From the NCBI GenBank assembly GCA_002633005.1, contig NMRA01000161.1, positions 47,605 through 111,604 on the forward strand: a DNA stretch of 64,000 bases. Direction: 5' to 3'. The stretch is from Phoronis australis. Its lineage: Eukaryota > Animalia > Phoronida. The notes under the pieces are model-generated. The model was not told where the DNA came from. It saw nothing but the letters and a program-made list of their open reading frames with translations, and did no database searches. Positions 54,240 through 64,000 of this stretch are shown piece by piece (positions within the stretch are counted from its first letter, which is position 1; each line of letters starts with the position of its first letter). The position numbers were made by a program, and so were the translations under genes.

Positions 54240-54514
54240 GTAGGACATGTTATTTGTAAAATCAATCAGTTCTTATGTCATTCAGTGTTCCAGTCTCCAT
54301 AGTGTCTCTTTTGTAATTTTATCTGGATCTCGATAATAGACAGTCATCACCAGACTAACCCAAGCTCGAGGATAAGAAGCTGATCAAAACCGAGACAATT
54401 TTGGTTTGTTAAAACTTGACAAATGCAGTCCACTAAAAAGAAGTCGGTAACTGCTTGCAGTTCAGTTTCCGTGTAGATTGATATTCATTGCAAATGTTGT
54501 TGCTTTTGTCCCAG

Positions 54515-54688
54515 TCAATGAGATTTGGTCGAACTGGTCGACGTGGGGAGCTTGCGCAGTTATGTGTGGCGTTGGCGTAACTACATGACAACGAGAGTGC
54601 AAAAGCCCCGTGCCAGCTTTTGGACTTCTCTCGTTTCATAGAAAAAGTTTACAAAATCTCATATGCAGTTTACAACAAAATCGCCTGA
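54515..54688 (+). pseudogene. Dead TSP1 exon (type A)
   Basis: CGA>TGA stop, Cys>Phe, last Cys>Arg. Confidence 0.9.
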
Positions 54689-54932
54689 GTACGAAAACGT
54701 TTCCTGTTTCTGGTGACTTTTTTCTAAGAAACTGATGCTTAAAATCTTTTCGCAATGAACTCTGATTTCCTTGCAAGAAAGCAAAACGATGCTACTCGTT
54801 AATAAAATGAGTAGTGGTATCATTATCCTACACCTCACACTCCTTGATTAAAGTTGTATTTTTGGGTAATAATGGTTAACATATATTACTTAATATTTTC
54901 TGTGCACTAATAAATCTTAGCTCTTCTTTCAG

Positions 54933-55106
54933 TTAACGGTCAGTGGTCATCCTGGGTATATTCTACCACATGCGACGTCACTTGTGGCAACGGAAGCCGC
55001 GTCAGACAAAGATCTTGTGACGATCCGGCGCCGATGTTTGGCGGTTCCAACTGTTCGGGTGATTCCGTCGAGGTAGTTAGTTGCTCCGCCAGAATCGGCT
55101 GTCCCG
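54933..55106 (+). CDS. TSP1 exon (type B)
   Basis: VNGQWSSWVYSTTCDVTC..ARIGCP. Intact. Confidence 0.88.
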
Positions 55107-55362
55107 GTAGGACATGTTATTCGTAAAAATCAATCAGTTCTTATGTCATTCAGTGTTCCAGTCGACATAGTGTCCTTGTTGTAATTTTATCTTGATCTCG
55201 ATAGGAGACAGTCATCACCAGGCTAACACAAGCTCGAAGATAAGAAACTGGTCAAAACCGAGACAATTTTTGGCTTGTGAAAAACTGGACAATTAAAGGA
55301 GGTGGTAACTGCTTGCCGTTCAGCTTCCGTGTAGATTCCAAATCTAGTCGCTTTTGTTCCAG

Positions 55363-55560
55363 TCAATGGGAATTGGTCGAACTGGTCGTCGTGGGGAGCT
55401 TGCTCAGTTACATGTGACGTCGGCTTAACTACACGACAACGACATTGCAACAGTCCTTTGCCAGCTTTTGGAGGCCTCACGTGTCATGGAAAAAGTTTAC
55501 AAAATCGCACTTGCAGTGTACAACAAAACTGCTCGATTGCGAAGGCGTCTCCTGTTCCAG
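55363..55560 (+). CDS. TSP1 exon (type A); ancestral donor lost, in-frame alternative donor 24 nt downstream
   Basis: All Trp and Cys intact. GT>TT at 55537. CAG|GTGATT at 55560 keeps phase 1 and adds IAKASPVP. Confidence 0.6.
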
Positions 55561-55780
55561 GTGATTTTGTTTGAAAGTAAATGAAACTTAAATTCTTTTC
55601 ATAATGGGCTCGGGTTTCCTTTCAAGAACTCAAAAAAGACGCGATTCGGTAATAAAATGAGTATTGGCATCAATATCTTACACCTTCATAATTCTACATT
55701 TAAGTCTTGCAGGATATTAATGATTAAGAAACCTTACTACATGTTTTCTTTTCACTAATAAATCCTAGCTCTTCTTCCAG

Positions 55781-55954
55781 TTAACGGTCAGTGGTCATCT
55801 TGGACATATTCTACCCCTTGCGACGTTACTTGTGGCAACGGAACTCGCGTCAGACAAAGAGCTTGTGATGACCCGGCGCCGGTGTTTGGCGGTTCCAACT
55901 GTTCCGGTGATTCCGTCGAGGTAGTGAAATGCTCCAACAGAATCGGCTGTCCCG
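55781..55954 (+). CDS. TSP1 exon (type B)
   Basis: VNGQWSSWTYSTPC..NRIGCP. Intact. Confidence 0.88.
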
Positions 55955-56228
55955 GTAGGATATGTTCTTCGCAAAAATTAATTCCTTTGTCAAAAATTGT
56001 TCCAGTCTTCATAGTGTCCTTGTTGTAATTTTATTTTGATCTCGATAGGAGACCCTCATCACCAGGCTAACAAAGGTTCGACGATAAAAGGCTGGTCAAA
56101 ACTGAGGCAATCTACTTCGTTCATTAAAACATCAAATAAATCAATCCCAATAGAAAGTCGGTAGCTTCTTGCCATTAAGTTTCCGTGTAGGTTGTGATTT
56201 AATGCAAATCTCCTTGCTTTTGTTTCAG

Positions 56229-56402
56229 TCAACGGGAATTGGTCGAACTGGTCATCGTGGGGGGCTTGCTCAGTTACGTGTGACGTCGGCCTTTCTGCAC
56301 GACAACGAGAGTGCAACAGCCCCGTGCCAGCCTTTGGAGGCCTCACGTGTCATGGAAAAAAATTACAAAATCGCACATGTAGTTTACAACAAAACTGCCC
56401 GA
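56229..56402 (+). CDS. TSP1 exon (type A); may extend to 56426
   Basis: VNGNWSNWSSWGACSVTCDVG..QQNCP is intact. Weak A|GTGCGA donor, alternative G|GTGATT at 56426. Confidence 0.75.
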
Positions 56403-56610
56403 GTGCGAAAACGTTTCCTGTTTCGGGTGATTTTGTTTTAAAGAAACTGATACTCAACATCATTTTATAATGGACTCAATAATAAAATGGGTAGTGGCAG
56501 CAATATCCTACACCCCTTATTTCCTGATTAAAGTCCTTGTTGGATATTAATGGTTAACTTGTCTTACTAAATGTTTTATGTTCGCTAATAGATCTTAGCT
56601 CTTCTTTCAG

Positions 56611-56784
56611 TTAACGGTCAATGGTCGACTTGGGTATATTCTACCCCATGTGACGTCACCTGTGGCAACGGAACCCGGGTTAGAGAAAGAGTTTGTGGCG
56701 ATCCGGCGCCGATGTTTGGCGGTTTCAACTGTTCGGGCGATTCCGCCGAGACGGTGAGCTGCACTCATGGAATCGAATGTCCCG
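56611..56784 (+). CDS. TSP1 exon (type B), near-identical to 42212-42385
   Basis: VNGQWSTWVYSTPC..THGIECP. Intact. Confidence 0.9.
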
Positions 56785-57508
56785 GTACGAAATTTTCCAT
56801 CACATTATATTCAGTTGTTGTAGCAGAGATTGTTCCGGTCTGGATTTTGTCATTGCTGTATGTTTATGAAAAAAAATCGTCGATAACGCAATCATTCTGT
56901 TGACACAGCCCCCGAGTCATCAAGCAGAGCGCATACACTGAATTTTGAATTTTTGACAGTTTTTTAAATTTTTTATTGTCTAAAACTGATTATTCATTTA
57001 CATGTTCGTGACAAAATGAAATCGACTTGAAAAGTTAACAGTGGTCATTTTAACCACATTTCAGAAATTTCCTTTCCTTGTAGTGTTGCTTACCAGGCTT
57101 GAATGGTAGCTCACTGTAGGAATATGGCAGCTTTGACAACAAATTGTCCAATAATCACACCACCACATAAAGGACCTTTGTCAAAATGCACAACAGACAA
57201 GCAGACCCACCGGGTTTGGGTCTGTGAAGCACTCACATTTTAAGAAACAAAAGCTCAAATGTTGCAATACACCAAGTGAAAAATTAGTTATTTTGGGGTA
57301 GAAACTATCCTCTGGTGTGTTTGTAGCGTATTCAGTAAAATTGATTGTCAGTGAAAGGTGATGTAATAATTTGAAATTTTCAAACACGGTTATCTCAGTT
57401 CATTATTTCACAGTAGTGGCAATACGCTCAAGTTTATTCTCAACTATTTTTGATCAATTTTGACGAAATCAAATACTGAAATCTAATACAAATAAACTTT
57501 AAGTCAGA

Positions 57509-57613
57509 GTCAGAGATAGACTTTGTAATGACCCACCGCCGATCTTTGGCGGCTTTAACTGTTCGGTGATTCCACCGAGGTAGTGAGCTGCTCCAAAGGA
57601 ATTGGGTGTCCGA
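57509..57613 (+). pseudogene. 3' fragment of a type B TSP1 exon
   Basis: VRDRLCNDPPPIFGGFNCS followed by a frameshift. The 5' part and acceptor are missing. Confidence 0.8.
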
Positions 57614-58354
57614 GTATGACATTTTTAATTGCAATAATCAGTCATATATCGATCAGTGTTTTGGCTTGCATTGTTTCATTTCTGTTTTAACTTAATCTCG
57701 TAAGGAGACAGAAATCGTCCTGTAGAAACATACTCGAAAGTTACAAACTGGCCAAACTGAAACAATTTTGTTTGGTTCCTAAAACCCATGGAAGCAAGTC
57801 CATAAAAAAACTGCTATGTACATGCGCATGTAATGGTTAAACATTGTATGCTAGCCCAATAACGCGGGAATTCACAGGACAAGACGACACAATGAAATCT
57901 GGTATCAGGCGACACTGGGTGTTTTCGCAAGAAACGCTTCCGAATGTCGACCTCACTCTAAAATGGTTTCGTATCTAGCGTACAGTTAACATCCAAGTGT
58001 TTGAAAAATCTTTGAACAATGTTGCTAATTGCTTCTCATTAATTTGTCTGGTTGTGCAACATAATTGAAACAATTATCAAACCAGTCACCAGTTGAATTT
58101 TGAGGTACAGTGCAAGCCAAAATGTCACCGTGCAGTTCTTGGCATGCAGTCGTTTGCTTATCCAGGACCCGCTCTATTGTATGGCAAAGGTTTCAGTGAA
58201 ATGTGATGAAAATACATGCTAGAGAATGTGTTGGTGTAGTACACTGTACGTTCTCAAGGAACTTCCGCTATATCAGCTTTGCGTTAATTGTGGGACATCG
58301 CAACGGTATCAGAATGGCAGACGTGGCTACGTTAGTTAGAACTATCCATTCCAG

Positions 58355-58528
58355 TCAATGGAAATTGGTCGAGCTGGTCGTCGTGGGGGACTTGCTCCGT
58401 TACGTGTGAAGTTGGCGTGAGTGTACGAGAGCGGAACTGCAACAATCCCGTGCCAGCGCTTGGAGGCCTCTCGTGTGTTGGAAGAGCTTCAGAGAATCGC
58501 ACTTGTAGTACACAACAAGTCTGTCTGG
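58355..58528 (+). CDS. TSP1 exon (type A)
   Basis: [26 protein letters not shown]. 174 nt. Confidence 0.88.
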
Positions 58529-58699
58529 GTACGAAATCGAACTAGGTGTTTTCTTACACTGTTTTTTACATTGATCAATCATGCTCCATATTTTGTCTTA
58601 AACCACATTGACACTGGTGGTTTGCTTTTGTCTAAGAACCATAAAGCGTATGTCATAATTGTCTTTAACCTTGGAAATCAACCTGATTTTTTACCCGCC

Positions 58700-58990
58700 G
58701 AGGCAGTGTGACCACGTGGCATGAGCGTCCGCTTCCTTTACTTGAGGTCGTGGGTTCGAGTCCCGCTGAGGCACACTGCTACACCCTTGAGTCAGATCTC
58801 TAGCTACAACTCGGTTTTAACTTATACATGGATGGAACATCAAAATGTTCCAGGTAATCAGTAGAATGGGCCCACCTGGGCGGCCAGTGCACGTCTGGAA
58901 CAGTGTGTACCAGACGGCCTGTAGAAATATGTTTTTATCTGGTGAACTACGCTGAGCTGTTTGGATTCCAGTGGCATTCTGGGAATGAAA
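58700..58990 (+). mobile_element. tRNA-derived SINE (boundaries approximate)
   Basis: A-box-like GTGACCACGTGG and B-box GGTTCGAGTCC (~58753), followed by a non-tRNA body CACCCTTGAG... Confidence 0.6.
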
Positions 58991-59037
58991 GGGATAATTT
59001 AGACGACTTCTCTGTCAATCAATTTCGCTCTTTCCAG

Positions 59038-59211
59038 TTAACGGTCACTGGTCGTCATGGGTATATTCAACCCCATGTGATGTCACTTGTGGCAGCGGAA
59101 CCCGCGTCAGAGAACGAGCTTGTGACGACCCGGCGCCGATGTTTGGTGGTTCCAACTGTTCGGGTGATTCCGTCGAAGTGGTGAGCTGCACCAATGGAAT
59201 AGAGTGTCCCG
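59038..59211 (+). CDS. TSP1 exon (type B)
   Basis: VNGHWSSWVYSTPCDVTCGSG..NGIECP. Intact. Confidence 0.92.
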
Positions 59212-59799
59212 GTAGGATGATATAATCCATCATTTTAAACTACTGATGAATTCCAAATCGTCGTGAAAATGTTCCCAGGTCATTTCAACGAGACACTTCT
59301 TTCCGTCTTCGAATTTCCTTGTTACCTCAAACCATCGGTATTTTCGAATACTAAATCTCTTCTTACATTTAGCTATGAAAACGAATAAGGTGATGTACAT
59401 ATGATAGGTGAATACATGTACATGTATTTGTATGGTGATATGCACAATCCTTGTTCACAAAGATAATGCAAATCCAATGTTGTCCCAAGTATTCTCAACT
59501 AGAGCCGTGAACGTCCGGTCAAAAATTCAGTGAATATAGAACGCAATTCTCACGTTAAACTCGCTTTTAGCGCGTACTAACCCTGTTTTAAAGCATATCC
59601 ACGCGATCCCATTTTCTGGATTCAGGTCATCCATCCAAAAGTTGCCGCTGATGTGTACTCATTTGCAGCTGTTTTTTCTATTTTTGGACAGTTTGACAGA
59701 TTCTGCTCCATCTAGTGACCATTCATGACACCAATGAGCGCTCCTATCCATCATATATTTTAACATTTTGCGTTGCTGTTGTCAATTCATTTACCTTTC

Positions 59800-59960
59800 T
59801 CCATAACCGATCAGCGGTTATCTTGGACATTTGACTAACTTCGTGACGTCATCTGTGGCAACGGATCTCTAATTTGTGACAACCTGGCACCGAAGTTTGG
59901 CCGTTCATACTGTCCGGATACTTCTGGCGGCGTTGTGATGTGTGCAGCCAGAGCCTACAG
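59800..59960 (+). pseudogene. Highly decayed type B TSP1 exon
   Basis: Residual GTGACGTCATCTGTGGCAACGGATCT and TGTGACAACCTGGCACCGAAGTTTGGC. Indels, no acceptor. Confidence 0.7.
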
Positions 59961-61195
59961 TCCTTTAAAAAAACGTTTCGCAGCTTTATAACTAATTGTC
60001 GCCATACAAATATTTGAGAGCTTCCAAACAGTTGATGTTTCCGATGATTGTATCGGGGTGTTTGTGTTTTGTGATTGTCAGCAGCTAGTGCCCATATGGC
60101 CAAGACCCCGGGGTTTAAATCTCAACTATTTTTCGCTTTTTCCAATCTCCTTTTTGCGCAGGCTCATGACAACACGTACGCTGTACTCGAACCCTTGTGT
60201 GGATGTCTGCTTAATCCACTTTTGCACTTGATTACTCCACCATTTCACAAAACTCTTACATGTAGTCTAAACTCGAAATGTTAAAAGTTTTATTCAATTT
60301 TTACATGCTTGACGCTCTATTCTAGGGTCATCAAGTGCGAACCTGAACCAGACACTCACATGGACATGCTTAGCAGAATAATATACTCCTGTTTTTAGTT
60401 CGTAGTAAAATAGAAAGCATATGTCAAACTTAGAAATTCGATTTCGGACATAAAGGTTGGAGATCATACTGTAGGTTCTCTACATGAAACTATGTTGGGC
60501 AGGGTGCTCTTGCACTTGTTATTTTCATGAAGTTGTAAATTAACTTTTCCAAAATTACCGGAACGATTTGTAGGGTTGTAAAAAACTGACAATGCGTGAA
60601 CTGACTGAGCCCAGGCGGTCACTATTTGTCGGTTTTTCGCCCATCATAATCTCGAGAAATATCGAACGGCCAATTCTTTGCAAGACTAAGTAATTATTTC
60701 TCAACACAGTAATGAGCAGGTTGAGACCAATTTCGTCGGAGTAATGTTGTCACAGTGTGGGGACCGTGTTCTACCATGCTTGTGTGGATTTTGGGAAGAT
60801 ATGGTAACTGGGGAGATGTAGAGACTTTTGGCGAACTTTGTGAGGGTGTTGTGGTGTTTGTGGGGTGTATTAGCACCTACTGTACAATGTATACGTTTCC
60901 AGTGCAACGTGTCCGAATCAAAAAGTATTTCATGTTACGTGTAAGTCCATCGTTATGGAAACCCTCCTCATTTTTAAGACAGTAAAATTGATGGATGCAG
61001 AACGAGGGAGGAACTGTCAAGGAAGACATGGCCACTGGCGGATTTCGATGCTTGAGGCTCCCCGACAAAAACCACATAGTACATGTATGCGTTGCCCTTA
61101 ATTTGGAAGGAAATGCCTTTGTTTCTAGAAAGTTTTCATTTCGCGTGCTCTGTGACTCTCGGCATGGCCAATTGCCTCTTTACTCTCTTTTTAAG

Positions 61196-61378
61196 CTGAT
61201 GGCGAAGATACTGGTAATATTTGGTCCAAGTGGAGTCACTGGTCTGCGTGCGCGGCCACGTGCGGTCTCACTTACCGCTCGAGGACACGTGCCTGTAATG
61301 ATCCTACGGGGTTGGGTGTCGATTGCAATGGATCTGATCTGGACTATGAAGTGTGCACATTACAACGATGTTCAGCAA
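61196..61378 (+). CDS. TSP1 exon (unique type)
   Basis: DGEDTGNIWSKWSHWSACAATCGLTYRSRTRACNDPTGLGVDCNG..CTLQRCS. 183 nt. This frame is missed by the ORF track. Confidence 0.88.
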
Positions 61379-62390
61379 GTAAATGACGAGTACATATTTC
61401 GAGTTCTATAGTAGCAATGTTCAGTTTATTTCTGCGGCAGGTGTCGTGCTACTTAAACCTGTCAAAATGCAATTAGTGTTAATCGGTCAATCTTGTTTCT
61501 TACTGAACTGAAATGATATCTAGATTATAAACAACTGGGTCGTTGTTTCTTCAGCTTTTTTATTAATTAAGAGTAACCACTGGATTTACCAAACCTAGTT
61601 TTGAAGGTGAATAGTGTAATCGTTTACAACATTTTAACAATAGGTTTGATAGATTCCGGTGGAATAGTGACAGAAATATAGCCGCAATCTGTTACCTTCA
61701 TTATATATTTATACATGTAGAAGGAATAGGTGGATTTCCGGAAGTTCTGTCTAATAAGTGTTTGAGTTGATGGAAGGATCTATAACATTGCAAGAGATCA
61801 ATGATGGAGTTGAGAATCTCTCAAAAACTTGCGTTACCGATATGGGTTTACGATTTTCAGAATATAATGTGTTCTATATCTACATGTATTACTTACCGAA
61901 CCCCAATTTAAAACGCAATTCTTTGGGTAAAAATCTACAGTATCTAGATAGTGTTGTTCTGAGATCAGTGTTTTGTCCATTTTGCTATCGAAGACAATGC
62001 CGACTACGTTCCGCATATAAATTATTTTGTTTTAAAGTGCATCAGACTGTCTCAAACTGTACGTAAACTTTAATCAAACCTGAGGGAAGTTCATGAGACG
62101 AGACTCAAAACCCGGGCTGTACTAGTCCAAGGTTCCTCCCCATTCCGAAGTTTATCTACTGAAGTATTCATTTAAAACCATTCTTGATATTTTCTTTATT
62201 TTACTTTTTTTCGTCATCTCCAGTTCTAAGGAATAATAGCTAACTCAATGAGCAGTCTCTCAGTAAGTGATTTGCTATATTCACCAATGTCATTGAGAGA
62301 CAATGGCCTGAGCCTATTTTCCCGAATGAACAGTGTCATGTTTGTTCAGTCATAAGGATACACAATCCCCAGTATTTAATTGATTTCCAG

Positions 62391-62570
62391 CGAAAGATGT
62401 GAAGACTCAAAATGTAGACTGGTCAGTGTGGTCTGAATGGACTAGCTGCAGCGTCACGTGCGGTAATGGGATAAAATGGCGGAGGCGGATATGTCCTAGA
62501 AATGACGGCCAGCCGTGTCGGGGACATAGCAACGAAACTCAAGACTGCTCGAACAGGGAGTGTGTTATAG
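62391..62570 (+). CDS. TSP1 exon (unique type); the gene presumably continues beyond the window
   Basis: KDVKTQNVDWSVWSEWTSCSVTCGNGIKWRRRICPRNDGQPCRG..CSNRECVI. 180 nt, AG|GTTTGT. Confidence 0.92.
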
Positions 62571-64000
62571 GTTTGTATCAGTCATGACCAATTTTCCAGT
62601 CAAAGAAGATGTGCCGGATTCAAAGTTCTCTCGGAATCCTAAACGATAAGAAATACTTTGATCCCGGTAATGTTAACTGGCCCTTCCCGGTTGCTGTAAT
62701 ATTTTCATCGCCTGTCTTCCCAATTATTCCAACACGGTCGCCCTTGGAGATACATCTGTACCACCTTACATCACAATCTTTTAATGTAGGTATGCACTCT
62801 AACTTACACGTGTGTGGCTGAGTTAAGAAAATATGTTAAAGGCTCGTTGTTTTTTCTTTGTTATCGATTGAAACCAGAACATTTGGCCCTTTTTCCGGTT
62901 TTTGATTTGTGGAATATGTGCCACTAAATCGCTGGAAATGTACATGTAGGCGTGAATTCGCTGCTTCCATTGGCTTGTTTTAATATGCTTAGAATATCCG
63001 CCTTCCACATGCGATTGTGATGTAACTTATCCACCTCTTAAATATCGATAAACTCAGCAAAGCCATTACCAAAAGCATAGAACTGCAGAACTGGAATGCC
63101 AAGTTCGATTTCTCGCGGCTGAGGTTGCGTCGCGCATGCGTGGGAGTTTGTTTCGGTGTTGCTTCTTGCTATGGCTTTATAGGGCTTAGGGTTGAATATT
63201 TGTTTAGTGCAAAAGAATTAAATTTAGATGTGTTGTAATCGAACTCTTCTTCCTGAAAAAATCTTCTATATATTTTTAATATTTTGCTGTCTAAAGGCCC
63301 CAAACATTGTCAAACAAAGGATCATCTGCTTGCGATTTTGCGATTCGGGAAGCCGCGGGTCTAAGACAAAGCGCAAGGATCACCAAAACGAGCAAAAACG
63401 TCCAGCTTAGTGGTAGACATGACGCCAAAAGACGTAGAATGGAAATTTGTGGTAACCTAGTTCACAGACCAAGTCGGTTTTTCATTTTTAGATGAACGGG
63501 AAAATAGGGCTATCTTGCCTAGTATATATTACAATAGTATACCATGATATGTCAACACGAGTAGTTTTTGAAAGTTACGCAAACACATCTGTTACTAGGG
63601 CCTAAACGTTTTATTTATAATGGCACAAAACCACTCAGACCCCAAGTGCCACTTCTTTTCCCCAAATTCTGTAAAATGGTTTTAACAACCAAAAATGCCC
63701 GATTAAAAAACTCTAACTTGAATGGTTGTCAAAGTGGCTCTAACACTGAAGCTGAAACGGTGTCACAACCCCAGACACAGTGTTTCCGGTATCCACAGAC
63801 TGGTACATGTAAAGAATGACCAGGGTAATTGTCGGATATCTTGACTAATTTTTCCTGGAAAGCACTGGTCGTCTGGAAACGTGCCTCAAGAGTCCCACTT
63901 GATAATTCCATTGTGAACAGGAATGACGAAATTTGCTTTTGTATTGAAGAATTTTTCTGTATATGAAGCCTGGTCTGCTAGGGGATCTCGGTCAACCTAT

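Larger units (their letters stand above)
51465..56784 (+). repeat. Tandem array of ~830-868-bp units (B exon-intron-A exon-intron), about 6 units
   Basis: B exons start at 51465, 52331, 53199, 54066, 54933, 55781 and 56611. Introns are alignable between units. Confidence 0.95.

Noticed and set aside
51465-56784. Dscam-like mutually exclusive splicing system
   Set aside because: The exons are frame-compatible in series, the introns are long enough for consecutive inclusion, and no docking/selector complementarity was seen. Plain tandem domain expansion explains the pattern.
42219-59233. Recurrent minus-strand ORFs (..SAESPEQLEPPNIGAGS..)
   Set aside because: These are antisense shadows of the TSP1 B exons.

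Overview
Eukaryotic, intron-rich, AT-rich animal DNA. The repeat content suggests a marine invertebrate (inference only). It is not prokaryotic, and most short ORFs in the track are spurious. The main feature is a large + strand gene for a secreted protein that runs off the right end of the window. It has a TATA/Inr promoter (~11.07-11.10 kb), a non-coding exon, a signal-peptide exon (13508), two short linker exons, one WSC-domain exon (32945-33223) and about 31 thrombospondin type-1 (TSP1) exon units (34.5-62.6 kb), all phase 1-1. About 23-25 units look intact and at least 6 are dead. From 40.7-59.9 kb two TSP1 types (A and B) mostly alternate. In a ~0.85 kb tandem array (51.5-56.8 kb) every B exon is intact while the intervening A exons are decaying. 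Read-through of exon 3 would give a 70-aa peptide-precursor-like product ending on AATAAA. The rest is transposon debris: a decayed Gypsy element, Kolobok-like elements carrying a THAP relic, an ISL2EU/Harbinger-like element, a foldback element, several MITEs, tRNA-derived sequences and a LINE fragment. Two duplications flank single Ns and are probably assembly artefacts. All exon joins are inferred by eye, without transcript data.
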